A stretch of 64,000 bases of DNA from Bacteroidota bacterium (GTDB taxonomy: Bacteria; Bacteroidota; Bacteroidia; Bacteroidales; VadinHA17). How positions within the stretch are numbered: the stretch's first letter is position 1; each line of letters starts with the position of its first letter. The notes beneath the pieces were generated by a model. The model did no database searches. It saw only the letters and a list, made by a program, of their open reading frames with translations, and was not told the DNA's origin. Made by a program: the position numbers and the translations under genes. Shown piece after piece: positions 29,101 through 40,464 of this stretch. The DNA lies in the NCBI GenBank assembly GCA_034659275.1, contig JAYEGY010000049.1:121-64120 (forward strand). Direction: 5' to 3'.

Positions 29101-29399
29101 AGGTGGCTTATGGTCCAGAACAGGAACATTATGGTAAAAGCGCTTGCCAGGGCTGACATAATATTCACCGAGAGTGCAACCTTGCTGACATCAGGTGCAA
29201 AAAGCGCGAAAAATCTTGCCATGATCATAAACATTGGAGCCCCGGGTGGATGACCAACCTCAAGTTTGAATGCAGTAGCTATGAACTCACCGCAATCCCA
29301 TAAACTGAGTGTGGGTTCAACAGTTAAAATATAAGTAATTGCAGCTACCAGGAAAGACACCCATCCAAGCGATATATTAACCAACCTGTACTTTTTCAT
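26190..29399 (-). CDS. DUF2723 (TMEM260-like GT-C) membrane protein
   Basis: WDCGEFI, HPPGAP, AVEGEVY, HLL, ERDYAY, GDNDTFPLWY; many TM segments. Confidence 0.9.
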   Translation of the reverse strand: MKKYRLVNISLGWVSFLVAAITYILTVEPTLSLWDCGEFIATAFKLEVGHPPGAPMFMIMARFFALFAPDVSKVALSVNIMSALASAFTIMFLFWTISHLARKLIAGGDKEMSTGQMIAIMGAGLTGALAYAFSDTFWFSAVEGEVYGTSSLMTALVFWAILKWENVADEPYANRWLILIAYVIGLSIGVHLLNLLAIPAIVFVYYFRKYEFSWKGFTYAIILSIAFIAIIMWGLLPGFIILASKFELFLVNTIGLPYNSGLYLLLILFTVAIILALRSSHEGTNKQQIVVFGIATVLFSGMWFMTESTFLNLLLLALLTFLVWRFSEKGLPVLNTALTVVLVIMLGYSSFATIYIRSNANPPMDENNPENIFSFLYYLNREQYGSRPLVKGPYFNAPVVSYEREKPTYNPIEGEYKITNHELVPEYDERFVTLFPRMYSSQSDHVEVYKQWNDFSGTPVQVTDNSGERRIVRKPTFAENLKFMFTYQLGHMYFRYFMWNYAGRQNDTQGYGGPFNGKWISGIKALDESRLGPQDNMPDHMKNHPSRNKYYLLPLLLGLAGFYYQLNKNKKDFWVVLLLFLMTGVAIVIYLNQYPNQPRERDYAYAGSFYAFAIWIGLGVLFLYELFSKVAGQKLSAIAAGILSLVAVPVLMASQNWDDHDRSGRYTATAVATNYLQTVAPNAVLFTNGDNDTFPLWYAQEVEGVRTDVRVCNLMLFNTDWYIDQMKRKTYESEPMKLTMPKTKYYDGVNNQVFIIENPRLTGFVDIDKVVEFIRSDNKGTKYRFPDGEEHDYLPTRKIRIPVDREKVLASGTVKPEDADMIVPHIDITLEGNYILKSQMMMLDFLAQNDWERPVYFVTGYHNDALGMEEYFQLEGNAYRLVPIKSQNYNWLDYGRIDTDILYDNLMNKFTWGNANDPDVYLDYYHRHTLLVVRARLNYAKLAKALVLEGDNERAVKALDHIMEKLPLYNLPWDNYMPNIIDSYLLAGDQETALDLITGMKDYYSANLDYYTKLPAYYMKNAEMEIQMSLGFLQRVASSCRRNGLEETAKEIDAMLQEYMARYYGNIQG

Positions 29400-29445
29400 A
29401 AACTATAATAGATACAATATGTTAAAAGATTATATATACAATTGG

Positions 29446-29487
29446 CGAATTTAATCAATTTGATTTAACTTTTATATTTTTAAATTC
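29446..29487. promoter_or_regulatory. Back-to-back divergent -7 boxes
   Basis: TAAATTCG on minus (29446-29453) and on plus (29480-29487), each one mismatch from TAnnTTTG. Confidence 0.5.
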
Positions 29488-29494
29488 GCAAAAC

Positions 29495-32380
29495 ATGGGC
29501 AAGAAAATAGTCATAGCATTCATTATGGTACTGGTAAGCCTCGGCATAAAAGGCCAGTATTATGAAACGGGTCAGGAGCCGGCATCACTGAGATGGGAAG
29601 AACTGAACTCGTATCATTTCAGGTTTATCTATCCCGAATCCTATTCAAACCGTATGAAGAAGGTGGTGTATAGCTTTGAAAAAGCCTATGACCTTCTCAA
29701 GGGATCTTACAATGAGCCCCTTCTGGATAAGATACCCGTAATAATTCACAACCATACAACTGCGTCAAACGGTTACGTGGCCTGGGCACCAAAAAGGATA
29801 GAACTATATCCTTTACCGGCTCAGGATAATATCCCGATGAGCCATATTGAACAGCTGGCCCTTCATGAGCTGACACATGTTTTGCAAATGCACAGTTTCA
29901 GAAGAGGCGTATCAAAAACCCTATCATATTTTTTTGGGCAGCAGTACATCGGTGCACTCGGCATTTTTACTCCCTACTGGTTCCTGGAAGGCGAAGCAGT
30001 AATTGCCGAAAGTGCATTGTCATACTCCGGCAGGGGGCGTGTTCCTTCATTTGAAAAGAAACTTAAAGCCGCGCTGCTCAACAACGATAAAATATACAGC
30101 TATGATAAAATGATCTTTGGGTCCTATAAAGATTACACACCCGATCATTACCAGTTTGGATACCAGATGAGTGCATGGGCCAGAACAAAATTCGGAGCCA
30201 GGGCATGGCAGGAACCCATGGATTACGTTGCACTGAGGCCATATACATTAAATCCTTTCAATGCTGCCCTCCGCAAATATACCAACCACACCAAGGAGGA
30301 CATATATTTTGAAACAATGGTATATCTGAGGGACCGTTGGGAAAAGGAAGAGTCAGAAAGCCAGCGTGAGACATACGGTGTTATTAATCCGCCAAAAAAT
30401 AAAGAGTATATAAATTATTATTCACCGGTTTCGGCAGGTAAGGACAGTGTTATTGCCATAAAAACATCCCTTTACCGTCCACCCTCTTTTGTCCTTATTA
30501 ATACGGCAAAAGGAAGGGAAACCATACTTCACACCCCCGGCGATATATGGCCTTACAAGTTAAATTATGGAGGCAATACAATTGTGTGGGCTGAAAATTT
30601 CGGTGATCCCAGGTGGGCAAACAGAGAGTATTCGGTAATAAAAACATTAAACATCACAACAGGCCAGTCACGCACATTAACAACAGGAAGCAGGTTATTC
30701 GGTCCTGACCTGTCACCTGATTCAAGGCTGATAGCCGCCGCTGAAAGTACTGTGAACTATCAAAACAGTCTGGTAATACTTGATGCACAATCAGGTAAAA
30801 TCCTGAGCAGGCATGAAAGCCCCGGTAACAGGTTCATCTCATACCCTTCATGGTCAGAAGATATGAAAGAGATAATATTCATCTCATCAAACGAACACGG
30901 GGAAGGAATATGGTCGCTTAATCCTGAAACAGGTGAATGGAAAACTTATATGGAAGAAGGACGTGATGATCTTCAGTCTGTGAGGAAACGTGGTACATCA
31001 ATATTTTTTGTCAGCTCGGCTTCCGGCATTGACAATGCCTATAGGATGGAAGCAAACGGGGATACATATCAAATCACTTCGGCACGATTCGGAATAGCTG
31101 ATATCTCACTTACCGCCGAAGGTATTTTTTTCTCCGATTATTCTGCTGCCGGAAATAATATAGCGGCTACAGACATTGGCCTGGCATCATACAAAAAAGG
31201 ACGAGAGACAATAAAACATGAACGTTTCATTGATGAGTTCGACAGGAAAGAGAAGCTGCTATGGCAGGAAGACTATACTATGCCTGCAAACTACGATAAA
31301 GAGAGATACAATAAAATAAGCGACCTTTTCAGGTTTCACAGCTGGATGCCCTTTTATGCCGATATAAATAATATTTCTTTTGATGATATACCTGTAAGCC
31401 TCGGGGCCATGGTCATGACACAGAACAACCTCAGCACCCTTATCAGCACCCTGGGCTACGAATACACCGGAGGGAAACATCTTATACATTCAAACATAAG
31501 CTGGAAAGGCTGGTACCCGGCAGTTGATTTTAATATGAGTTACGGAGGCGATCCGGTAATATACAATGGTAATGATACAAGCCTTGTGCCCTCAACAATT
31601 TATAATCGCCTGTCAACCAGTACCACTGTATACATCCCCCTGCGTTTTTACCGCAGCAGGTTTATACAGACATTCTGGCCATCCATTAATATTAAGTATT
31701 CAAACAAATATGTACTGGACGATGATAAGCAAATGTTTGACTACGGGCAAACATTACTCAACCCCCGATTGTATTTTTCCAATCTTCACAAGATGTCACA
31801 CCGGGATATATGGCCACGATATGGCCAGGTATTTGATCTTTATTACACAAGCTCCCTTTTTGACAAAGATCTGTATGGTCCGGTTACCACATTGAGAACA
31901 GCATTTTATTTTCCGGGCCTCTTCAGAAATCATGGTCTCAGGTTGAGGTACCAGTATGAAAAACAGGACTTCAGGCGATTGCTCATTCACAACCGCGTAT
32001 CACTTCCACGGGGCTATAAAAATATTATCTCGGAAAATATCAACAGTTTCAGTGTTGATTATGCCTTCCCCGTAGCCTATCCCGATTTTCATCTTGGTAA
32101 TTTTCTCTATGTAAACCGGATCAGGAATACCCTCTTTTATGATTACGCCATCAGCAATAGTCTCTATGACATAGAAGAACAGGAAGAGGTGGAAGGTAAA
32201 GATTATTTATCCTCAGCAGGTCTTGAACTGCTTGCTGATTTTTATGTTCTGAGGATTCCCATAAAGCTGTCTGCAGGTGTGCAGGCTGCATATCTGCCAT
32301 TTGAGAAATCATCACATCTTAAGTTTTTGCTCAATATGGATGTTTTCGGCTTTGTCCTGGGCAGGAATCGTTCTTATTGA
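29495..32380 (+). CDS. Large secreted/outer-membrane protein: gluzincin-like N-domain, beta-propeller, probable C-terminal barrel
   Basis: Signal peptide; HELTH and WFLEGEA; PDLSPD, PSWS, FFVSS.SGIDN propeller-like motifs; aromatic-rich beta strands at the C-terminus. Confidence 0.65.
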   Translation: MGKKIVIAFIMVLVSLGIKGQYYETGQEPASLRWEELNSYHFRFIYPESYSNRMKKVVYSFEKAYDLLKGSYNEPLLDKIPVIIHNHTTASNGYVAWAPKRIELYPLPAQDNIPMSHIEQLALHELTHVLQMHSFRRGVSKTLSYFFGQQYIGALGIFTPYWFLEGEAVIAESALSYSGRGRVPSFEKKLKAALLNNDKIYSYDKMIFGSYKDYTPDHYQFGYQMSAWARTKFGARAWQEPMDYVALRPYTLNPFNAALRKYTNHTKEDIYFETMVYLRDRWEKEESESQRETYGVINPPKNKEYINYYSPVSAGKDSVIAIKTSLYRPPSFVLINTAKGRETILHTPGDIWPYKLNYGGNTIVWAENFGDPRWANREYSVIKTLNITTGQSRTLTTGSRLFGPDLSPDSRLIAAAESTVNYQNSLVILDAQSGKILSRHESPGNRFISYPSWSEDMKEIIFISSNEHGEGIWSLNPETGEWKTYMEEGRDDLQSVRKRGTSIFFVSSASGIDNAYRMEANGDTYQITSARFGIADISLTAEGIFFSDYSAAGNNIAATDIGLASYKKGRETIKHERFIDEFDRKEKLLWQEDYTMPANYDKERYNKISDLFRFHSWMPFYADINNISFDDIPVSLGAMVMTQNNLSTLISTLGYEYTGGKHLIHSNISWKGWYPAVDFNMSYGGDPVIYNGNDTSLVPSTIYNRLSTSTTVYIPLRFYRSRFIQTFWPSINIKYSNKYVLDDDKQMFDYGQTLLNPRLYFSNLHKMSHRDIWPRYGQVFDLYYTSSLFDKDLYGPVTTLRTAFYFPGLFRNHGLRLRYQYEKQDFRRLLIHNRVSLPRGYKNIISENINSFSVDYAFPVAYPDFHLGNFLYVNRIRNTLFYDYAISNSLYDIEEQEEVEGKDYLSSAGLELLADFYVLRIPIKLSAGVQAAYLPFEKSSHLKFLLNMDVFGFVLGRNRSY

Positions 32381-33789
32381 ATATTATTTGCCGTTTCTGT
32401 AATAAGGGCCCAGGCCCTCTGTACATTCTCCATCTCAACGTTTGTCTGGGAAATCACCATTCTTAGTGAATATTTATCTTTTATTCTGGTGTGTGTCAGG
32501 TAAATTTTGCCTGTATCATTGAGTTTATGGTTGAGTCTTTCATTAATTTCATTCAATGATTTTGCATCTCCTTTTCCGGGTCTGTACCTGAAACAAACAG
32601 TATTAAGGCTCGGTGGGGCTGTCATTTCAAAGTCGGGGTGCTCTTCCACCCTGTTGGCCAGCCATGCAGCATATGAAATATGATTTCTCACTTTTTCTCT
32701 TAATCCTTTCAGTCCAAAGGACCTTATCACAAACCACAGCTTAAGTGCCCTGAAACGCCTTCCGAGTGGTATCCCCCAGTCGCGATAATCATTTACCTGC
32801 CCCCTGGTCCTGGTTTTAAGATATTCAGGCAATATTTCGAATGTCTGTATCAGGCTTTCTGCATCCTTAACGAAATAGGCTGAGCAATCGAAATTGGTGA
32901 ACATCCATTTATGGGGGTTAAAAACAAAGCTGTCTATATATTCCTTACCATCAATCATCCAGCTGTACTCCGGCAATATGAGGGCGGTTCCCGCCAGTGC
33001 TGCATCCACGTGGAGCCAGATATTATGTTTACTGCACACTTCACCTATTTCCCTGACAGGGTCTATTGCCACTGTTCCCGTGGTTCCCACGGTAGCCATG
33101 ACGCAACAGGGGACAAATCCCTGTGACTTATCCTGTTCAATGGCTGCAGCCAGCTGGGCGGGATCAAGAGAAAGATCATCCCGCACATCCACTTTAACCA
33201 GATTTTTACGTCCGAAGCCGGCTATTTTAACCGCCTTTTCAATGGATGAATGGGTTTGAGTTGAACCATATATCCTGTAAACCGGTTCGTCCTGGAATCC
33301 CTTTTCATTTATCCTGAAATCGCTTATTCTTTCCCTTGCGGTGATCAGTGCTGCCAGAGTGGCTGTTGAAGCTGTGTCCTGTATCACTCCTTCGAAATTT
33401 GACGGCAGGCCAATAATATCTCTGAGCCAGTTCATCACTCTTTCTTCCAGCTCTGCAGCAGCGGGTGATGTTTCCCATATCATACACTGTGCTCCCAGGG
33501 CTGCAATGAGCATTTCTGCCAGCACTGACGGGGCAGAGCTGTTTGCGGGGAAGTAGGCGAAAAAATTAGGGCTCTGCCAGTGGGTCATCCCCGGCATTAT
33601 TATCTCTTTGAAATCTTTGAATATGTCCTGGAATTTCTCGGCTTCCAGGGGTGGCAGTTCGGGCAGGGAAGAATAAATTTCTCCCGCTTTGACCTGTGAT
33701 TTTACCGGGTATTCATCAATGCTTTCCAGGTAATCGCCTATCCAGTCAACCAATTCATGGGCTCTTGTTATAAATTCCTCATTTGTCAT
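32374..33789 (-). CDS. Group II PLP-dependent decarboxylase (aromatic L-amino acid decarboxylase-like)
   Basis: THWQSP.FFAYFP, HSSIEKA, GTTGT, HVDAA, NPHKW, LGRRFRALKLW. Confidence 0.9.
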   Translation of the reverse strand: MTNEEFITRAHELVDWIGDYLESIDEYPVKSQVKAGEIYSSLPELPPLEAEKFQDIFKDFKEIIMPGMTHWQSPNFFAYFPANSSAPSVLAEMLIAALGAQCMIWETSPAAAELEERVMNWLRDIIGLPSNFEGVIQDTASTATLAALITARERISDFRINEKGFQDEPVYRIYGSTQTHSSIEKAVKIAGFGRKNLVKVDVRDDLSLDPAQLAAAIEQDKSQGFVPCCVMATVGTTGTVAIDPVREIGEVCSKHNIWLHVDAALAGTALILPEYSWMIDGKEYIDSFVFNPHKWMFTNFDCSAYFVKDAESLIQTFEILPEYLKTRTRGQVNDYRDWGIPLGRRFRALKLWFVIRSFGLKGLREKVRNHISYAAWLANRVEEHPDFEMTAPPSLNTVCFRYRPGKGDAKSLNEINERLNHKLNDTGKIYLTHTRIKDKYSLRMVISQTNVEMENVQRAWALITETANNIQ

Positions 33790-33849
33790 ATCATCAGGGG
33801 ATAAAAAAAAGAATATGGCGTCGTCCCGTTTACGGAACGGTATTATATC

Positions 33850-34095
33850 TCAGCCCACGCTTTCAGCCAACAGTATTATAGTATTATTACGGACTTCAAC
33901 AACGCCTCCCTCGATCTTGAATTCTGAATCTATGCCTTTCATATCGGTAACTGTCACTTTCCCTTCAACCAATGTGGAAACTATGGCAGCATGGTCTTTG
34001 AGAACCTGGAAAGCGCCTTTTTTACCGGGTACTTTAAGTGAGCGGATATCTCCCTCGTACACTTTTTCTTCGGGTGTAATAATTTCTATTTTCAC
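33850..34095 (-). CDS. atpC: ATP synthase F1 epsilon
   Basis: IITPE, PG..G.FQVL.DHA; short form without the C-terminal helices. Confidence 0.9.
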   Translation of the reverse strand: MKIEIITPEEKVYEGDIRSLKVPGKKGAFQVLKDHAAIVSTLVEGKVTVTDMKGIDSEFKIEGGVVEVRNNTIILLAESVG

Positions 34096-34108
34096 TCCTC
34101 TTGCTTTT

Positions 34109-35644
<1,536 letters not shown>

Positions 35645-35648
35645 TTAA

Positions 35649-35656
35649 CAAATTTA
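35649..35656 (-). promoter_or_regulatory. -7 promoter box for atpDC
   Basis: TAAATTTG on the minus strand, 34 bp upstream of atpD. Confidence 0.55.
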
Positions 35657-35741
35657 TCAAATACCTGGGATTTGGGGCAGTATTTTTGGTGCTTTTATTA
35701 TGCTTTGGGCATCCCGGCATTGTATTATTAATTTTTTCAAG

Positions 35742-35749
35742 TAAATTTG
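35742..35749 (+). promoter_or_regulatory. -7 promoter box for the OMP gene
   Basis: TAAATTTG. Confidence 0.55.
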
Positions 35750-35778
35750 GTTTTGAATGAACCTTAAACAACCCGAAA

Positions 35779-36378
35779 ATGAAAAAAATTATTTTTACCC
35801 TTTTCATTGTAACCTGTTTTGTCATTTCATCTTATGGGCAGTTTACGAAGGTAGGAGGCTCATTATCCTACAACACTGGTTATTATTTCAACAACGAGAG
35901 ATTAAGTGACCACAAAACAGGGAACCCCGTGCTATCAGCCACAGGTATCTATGAAATCTCCCTTCGCCTTCATTTAAAACCTTCAATTAACATATTCATG
36001 CCTAACATCCACAAGGATGACTTTATTGAGGGATCATATAAGAGAGTGGTGTCTGCATTTTCCTTGGATATTGATGCGCATTATGTCTTCAATTATCTCG
36101 ACAGGTTCGAATTCTATGGGCTTGCCGGCTTTAACATGTTATATGCAAGGATGAAACTTAAAGAGGAGTTTGTGGGATCTGAACCTTATACTATAACCAG
36201 CAACAACACCGCACTTGGTTTTAACCTGGGAGCGGGTACATATTTCAAGATGAAAGATGAATTTGATCTTTTCTTTGAGTTGAAGGCCATAATCGGGAAG
36301 CAGGTACAGGGGGTGGTAACGGCCGGTATCCTCCTTAATATCGAATGGATGAAGGAACATGAAAACAGGGAGATATAA
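35779..36378 (+). CDS. Small outer-membrane beta-barrel protein (OmpA/porin-like membrane domain)
   Basis: Signal peptide; alternating strands; FEFYGLAG, GFNLGAG. Confidence 0.75.
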   Translation: MKKIIFTLFIVTCFVISSYGQFTKVGGSLSYNTGYYFNNERLSDHKTGNPVLSATGIYEISLRLHLKPSINIFMPNIHKDDFIEGSYKRVVSAFSLDIDAHYVFNYLDRFEFYGLAGFNMLYARMKLKEEFVGSEPYTITSNNTALGFNLGAGTYFKMKDEFDLFFELKAIIGKQVQGVVTAGILLNIEWMKEHENREI

Positions 36379-36379
36379 A

Positions 36380-37378
36380 TTATTTTGTCCGGTTAAGGAG
36401 GCTGGAAGCCAGTTGTCTTAATTCCTTTTTCCTTTTTTCTTCAACCTTCACTTCCTCAAGTGAGGAAAAGGCAAGGTCAGTATATTGCCCGGCAATATCT
36501 TCAACAGCCGATCTTATATTCAATTCGTCAAAAATATTCTTTACCGCTGATATTTTTTCTTCATCATCAAATTCTTCCTGCTGTAATTGCTGGTTAAGTG
36601 TTTTAAGCTGTGCACCCGAAGCCAATTCCAGGGCTTTTATAAGAAGTATTGTCTTCTTATTCGATACTATGTCGGTACCTATTTTTTTCCCGAATATCTT
36701 AGGATCGCCATATGTATCAAGCAGATCATCCTGTATCTGGAAGGCAAGGCCGAGGTTTCTGCCGAAGCTATACATTTTATCAGCCCCCTCAGGGTCTGCA
36801 TTGCCTATAACGGCACCTATTTTGAGTGATGCGGCAAGCAGAACAGCTGTTTTCAGCTCTATCATACGCAGGTAATCGGTATGTGAAACAAAGCTTGTTT
36901 TTTCAAAATCCATATCCATCTGTTGTCCGCTGCACACATCTATGGCTGTATCATTATATATTTTCATTACCTGCATGAGGACGGTGGCCGGAGAAGCTAT
37001 GATACATTCATTTGCAATAAAAGCCATCACGTCGCCTGATAATATTGCCTGGTTTACGTCCCACTTCGTATGAACGGTAGCTGAGCCCCTCCTCATTTGT
37101 GACTTGTCCATGATATCATCATGCACAAGAGTAAAATTATGGAAGACCTCCATTCCCACAGCCGGCAATATGGCTTTCTCAATTTTATCATCAAAAAGAT
37201 TACATGCCATAAGAGTCATTACGGGACGTATCCTTTTGCCCCCCAATGACATCAGATACTTAACGGGTTCGAAAAGCTTTTCGGCTTCATAGTCATATGA
37301 CATATTGTGAACGGCCCTGTTAACGATTTCCTTCAGTTCTTCGTATTTATACATAAGCAGAGGTGTGAGGTACGGCAT
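36380..37378 (-). CDS. ispA: Short-chain polyprenyl (GGPP/FPP) synthase
   Basis: GGKRIRP, HDDIMD..RRG, GQ..D, KT, FQIQDD; start overlaps the atpG stop (TAATG). Confidence 0.9.
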   Translation of the reverse strand: MPYLTPLLMYKYEELKEIVNRAVHNMSYDYEAEKLFEPVKYLMSLGGKRIRPVMTLMACNLFDDKIEKAILPAVGMEVFHNFTLVHDDIMDKSQMRRGSATVHTKWDVNQAILSGDVMAFIANECIIASPATVLMQVMKIYNDTAIDVCSGQQMDMDFEKTSFVSHTDYLRMIELKTAVLLAASLKIGAVIGNADPEGADKMYSFGRNLGLAFQIQDDLLDTYGDPKIFGKKIGTDIVSNKKTILLIKALELASGAQLKTLNQQLQQEEFDDEEKISAVKNIFDELNIRSAVEDIAGQYTDLAFSSLEEVKVEEKRKKELRQLASSLLNRTK

Positions 37379-38262
37379 TAACGGCCTTTCAGTGCCTGGG
37401 CTCCATTAACAACTTCCAGTATCTGGTTTGTTATGCTTGCCTGACGGGCCTTATGGTATTCGAGATTAAGATCCCTGATCAATTCTGTTGCATTATCTGT
37501 AGCCTTGTGCATTGCAGTCATCCTGGCACCGTGCTCAGCAACATATGAATCAAGTATTGTTCTGTAGAATTGTATTCTCAGTGTTTTGGGTATTAATTCA
37601 TTTATTATATCCTCCTTTGACGGCTCAAAAATGTATTCCTCTATTTCCATATCTTCTTCATCTTTACCGGCCTCGAGGGGAAGAAAATTTTCATAGCTGA
37701 GATCCTGGTTAGCAGCATTCCTGAATTTATTGTATACAAATTCAATCCTGTCAAATTCCTCATTCAGGAAGGAGTCGATTACTTTACTGGCCAGGGCCGA
37801 ACAATTTTCAAAAGTAAGATCATCAAACAGGTCACTGTGGTCTTCATATATCTGGTAATCCCTCCTGCTGAAGTAATCATAGGCTTTTTTACCTATTGTC
37901 ATCAACCACAATGTATTATGCTTATACTGATTATTGTATTTTTCCTCTGTTATCCTTATGGTTTCCTTTATCACGTTCATGTTGAACGAGCCGCACAGTC
38001 CCTTGTTTGAAGTAACCACGATCAATAATACTTTTTCATATTCTGCCCTGCGACCGTATTCTTTTTCATCTTCAGATTCTTCAATCCTCATGCTTATTCC
38101 TTCAAGCAGTTCATGCAATTTGGAAGCATAGGGCCTCAGTTTCACTATTTTGTCCTGTGCTTTACGCAGGCGTGCCGCGGCAACCATCTTCATTGCCGAG
38201 GTGATCTGCCTCGTTGACTTGACAGAAGTTATTCTTTTCCTTATTTCCTTTAAGCTGGTCAT
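37378..38262 (-). CDS. atpG: ATP synthase F1 gamma
   Basis: ITSAMKMVAAA, KGLCGSFN, ARMTAM..ATDNA, RQA.IT. Confidence 0.97.
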   Translation of the reverse strand: MTSLKEIRKRITSVKSTRQITSAMKMVAAARLRKAQDKIVKLRPYASKLHELLEGISMRIEESEDEKEYGRRAEYEKVLLIVVTSNKGLCGSFNMNVIKETIRITEEKYNNQYKHNTLWLMTIGKKAYDYFSRRDYQIYEDHSDLFDDLTFENCSALASKVIDSFLNEEFDRIEFVYNKFRNAANQDLSYENFLPLEAGKDEEDMEIEEYIFEPSKEDIINELIPKTLRIQFYRTILDSYVAEHGARMTAMHKATDNATELIRDLNLEYHKARQASITNQILEVVNGAQALKGR

Positions 38263-38268
38263 ATATTA

Positions 38269-39870
38269 TTATTCTCCGGCTTCAGGTTCTTTCTCTTCAA
38301 ATTTTGAGCTTATGTCTGCAGCTACTTTTTCAAGCACAGAAGTTATTTCGTCGTTAAGTATTCCCTCTCCCAGTTTCTCAAGTGTATCGCCATGTTTCAG
38401 TTCGAGATATTCCAGGTATTCATTTTCAAACTGTTTCACTTTATCAACAGGGACATTTTTCAGTAAGCCTTTTGTACCGCAGTATATAATTGCAACCTGG
38501 TTCCCTAACTTCATTGGTTGATACTGCTTTTGTTTTAATATCTCAACATTTTTCGAGCCTTTGTCGATCAATGCCTTTGTAGAAGCGTCGAGATCGGATC
38601 CAAACTTGGCAAAAGCTTCCATTTCCCTGTACTGTGCCTGGTCCACTTTCAGTGTACCGGCGATTTTCTTCATTGATTTTACCTGGGCGTTACCTCCGAC
38701 ACGTGACACTGATATACCCACATTAATCGCAGGCTTCACTCCAGCGTTAAAAAGATCGCCTTCAAGGAATATCTGGCCGTCGGTAATAGATATTACGTTT
38801 GTCGGTATGTATGCTGACACGTCACCTGCCTGTGTTTCAACTATTGGCAGGGCTGTCAGGGTACCGCCTCCTTTGATCATTCCCTCGAGCGATTCTGGCA
38901 GGTCATTCATTTTGAGCACCACCTCATCGGATTCTATGACTTTGGCAGCTCTTTCAAGCAAGCGTGAGTGCAGGTAAAAAACATCTCCGGGGTATGCTTC
39001 CCTTCCCGGGGGGCGTCGCAGGAGCAATGACACTTCGCGGTAGGAAACAGCCTGTTTTGAAAGGTCATCATAAATAATCAATGCATCCCTTCCCGTATCC
39101 CTGAAAAATTCACCTATGGCAGCACCGGCAAAGGGGGCGTAGAACTGGGCGGCAGCGGGATCAGCAGCGGTTGCAGAGATGATAACCGTATAATCCATTG
39201 CGCCACGTTCTTTAAGCACCGATGCTATATTGGCAGTAGAAGAAGCTTTCTGACCTATTGACACGTATATGCAATAAACAGGTTTGCCCTTCTCGTAATT
39301 ACTTTTCTGGTTTATGATTGTATCTATGGCAATAGCTGTTTTGCCGGTCTGGCGGTCACCAATAATAAGTTCTCGCTGTCCGCGACCTATAGGTATCATG
39401 GCATCGATGGCCTTGAGTCCTGTTTGCAAAGGCTGTTTAACCGGCTGGCGGAATATAACACCCGGGGCCTTGCGCTCAAAAGGCATTTCATATAATTCCC
39501 CTTCTATGGGTCCTTTACCGTCAATAGGCTGCCCTGTTGGTGTTATGACCCTGCCAAGCAGGCCTTCACCTGTCATTATTGAAGAAATGCGTTTGGTACG
39601 CCTGGCAATGTCTCCTTCTTTAATGCCTTCACCCGAGCCAAGGAGAACAGCACCGACATTATCTTCCTCAAGATTAAGTACAATTGCCTCAACACCATTC
39701 TCAAATTCGATAAGCTCATTTGCCTGCACATTTGAAAGACCGTACAATATTGCAATGCCGTCACCTATCTCCAGGACAGTGCCCACCTCATCAAGAGCGG
39801 CGCCCGTCTGTATTCCTTCAAGTTGTTCCTTTAGTATTTTTGATACCTCTGCTGGTTTTATACTTGCCAT
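38269..39870 (-). CDS. atpA: ATP synthase F1 alpha
   Basis: [31 protein letters not shown]. Confidence 0.98.
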   Translation of the reverse strand: MASIKPAEVSKILKEQLEGIQTGAALDEVGTVLEIGDGIAILYGLSNVQANELIEFENGVEAIVLNLEEDNVGAVLLGSGEGIKEGDIARRTKRISSIMTGEGLLGRVITPTGQPIDGKGPIEGELYEMPFERKAPGVIFRQPVKQPLQTGLKAIDAMIPIGRGQRELIIGDRQTGKTAIAIDTIINQKSNYEKGKPVYCIYVSIGQKASSTANIASVLKERGAMDYTVIISATAADPAAAQFYAPFAGAAIGEFFRDTGRDALIIYDDLSKQAVSYREVSLLLRRPPGREAYPGDVFYLHSRLLERAAKVIESDEVVLKMNDLPESLEGMIKGGGTLTALPIVETQAGDVSAYIPTNVISITDGQIFLEGDLFNAGVKPAINVGISVSRVGGNAQVKSMKKIAGTLKVDQAQYREMEAFAKFGSDLDASTKALIDKGSKNVEILKQKQYQPMKLGNQVAIIYCGTKGLLKNVPVDKVKQFENEYLEYLELKHGDTLEKLGEGILNDEITSVLEKVAADISSKFEEKEPEAGE

Positions 39871-39916
39871 AGTTAATTAAAATAGTTTTACGCGATATTA
39901 ACCGCTTTTTAATTAT

Positions 39917-40453
39917 TTATTGCCTTGTCAATTCTTTTCTTATTTTTTGCAACTGTGTCCTTAAGCTTGCATCAACATAAAGGTCCTCAATCTTCAGTGT
40001 ATATCCACCTGCTAACTCTTCATCCACTATTTCTTCAAGATCAGCCTTTGTTTCCAAATCCTCTTCTATTATGCTTATAAATCTCTTCCTGTTTTTTTCA
40101 CTGAGGGAAACGGGTACTTTAAGTGTCACTTTTGTTATGCCCTCGTGCTTATCAGCCAGGTCAATATAACACCTTGCGATACCAGGCAGGAAGACTTCCC
40201 TGTTTTTGTTAACAGTAAGGGTAATGAGGTTGAATGTTATGTCACCCACATTTTTTTTGAACAGGGCAGTCATAATTTCTCTTTTCTTTGAATTCGGTAT
40301 TACAGGGCTGTCTATGACATCCCTGAAATCATCCATGGCCGCCAGCTTCAGGATAAAGAGCATATCATTTCTTACCTCTTCAATCTTTTTCTCTTCCTTT
40401 GCTGACAGAAAGAGGGCTTTAGAATATCTTACTGCTATTATACTTTCATTCAT
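39917..40453 (-). CDS. atpH: ATP synthase F1 delta
   Basis: AVRYSKAL, VDEELAGG, DAS; position between atpF and atpA. Confidence 0.92.
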   Translation of the reverse strand: MNESIIAVRYSKALFLSAKEEKKIEEVRNDMLFILKLAAMDDFRDVIDSPVIPNSKKREIMTALFKKNVGDITFNLITLTVNKNREVFLPGIARCYIDLADKHEGITKVTLKVPVSLSEKNRKRFISIIEEDLETKADLEEIVDEELAGGYTLKIEDLYVDASLRTQLQKIRKELTRQ

Positions 40454-40464
40454 TGCCTGAGTCT

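Noticed and set aside
33810-33845. Terminator between atpC and the decarboxylase
   Set aside because: Only a 5-bp stem, and the T-run is about 15 nt away from it
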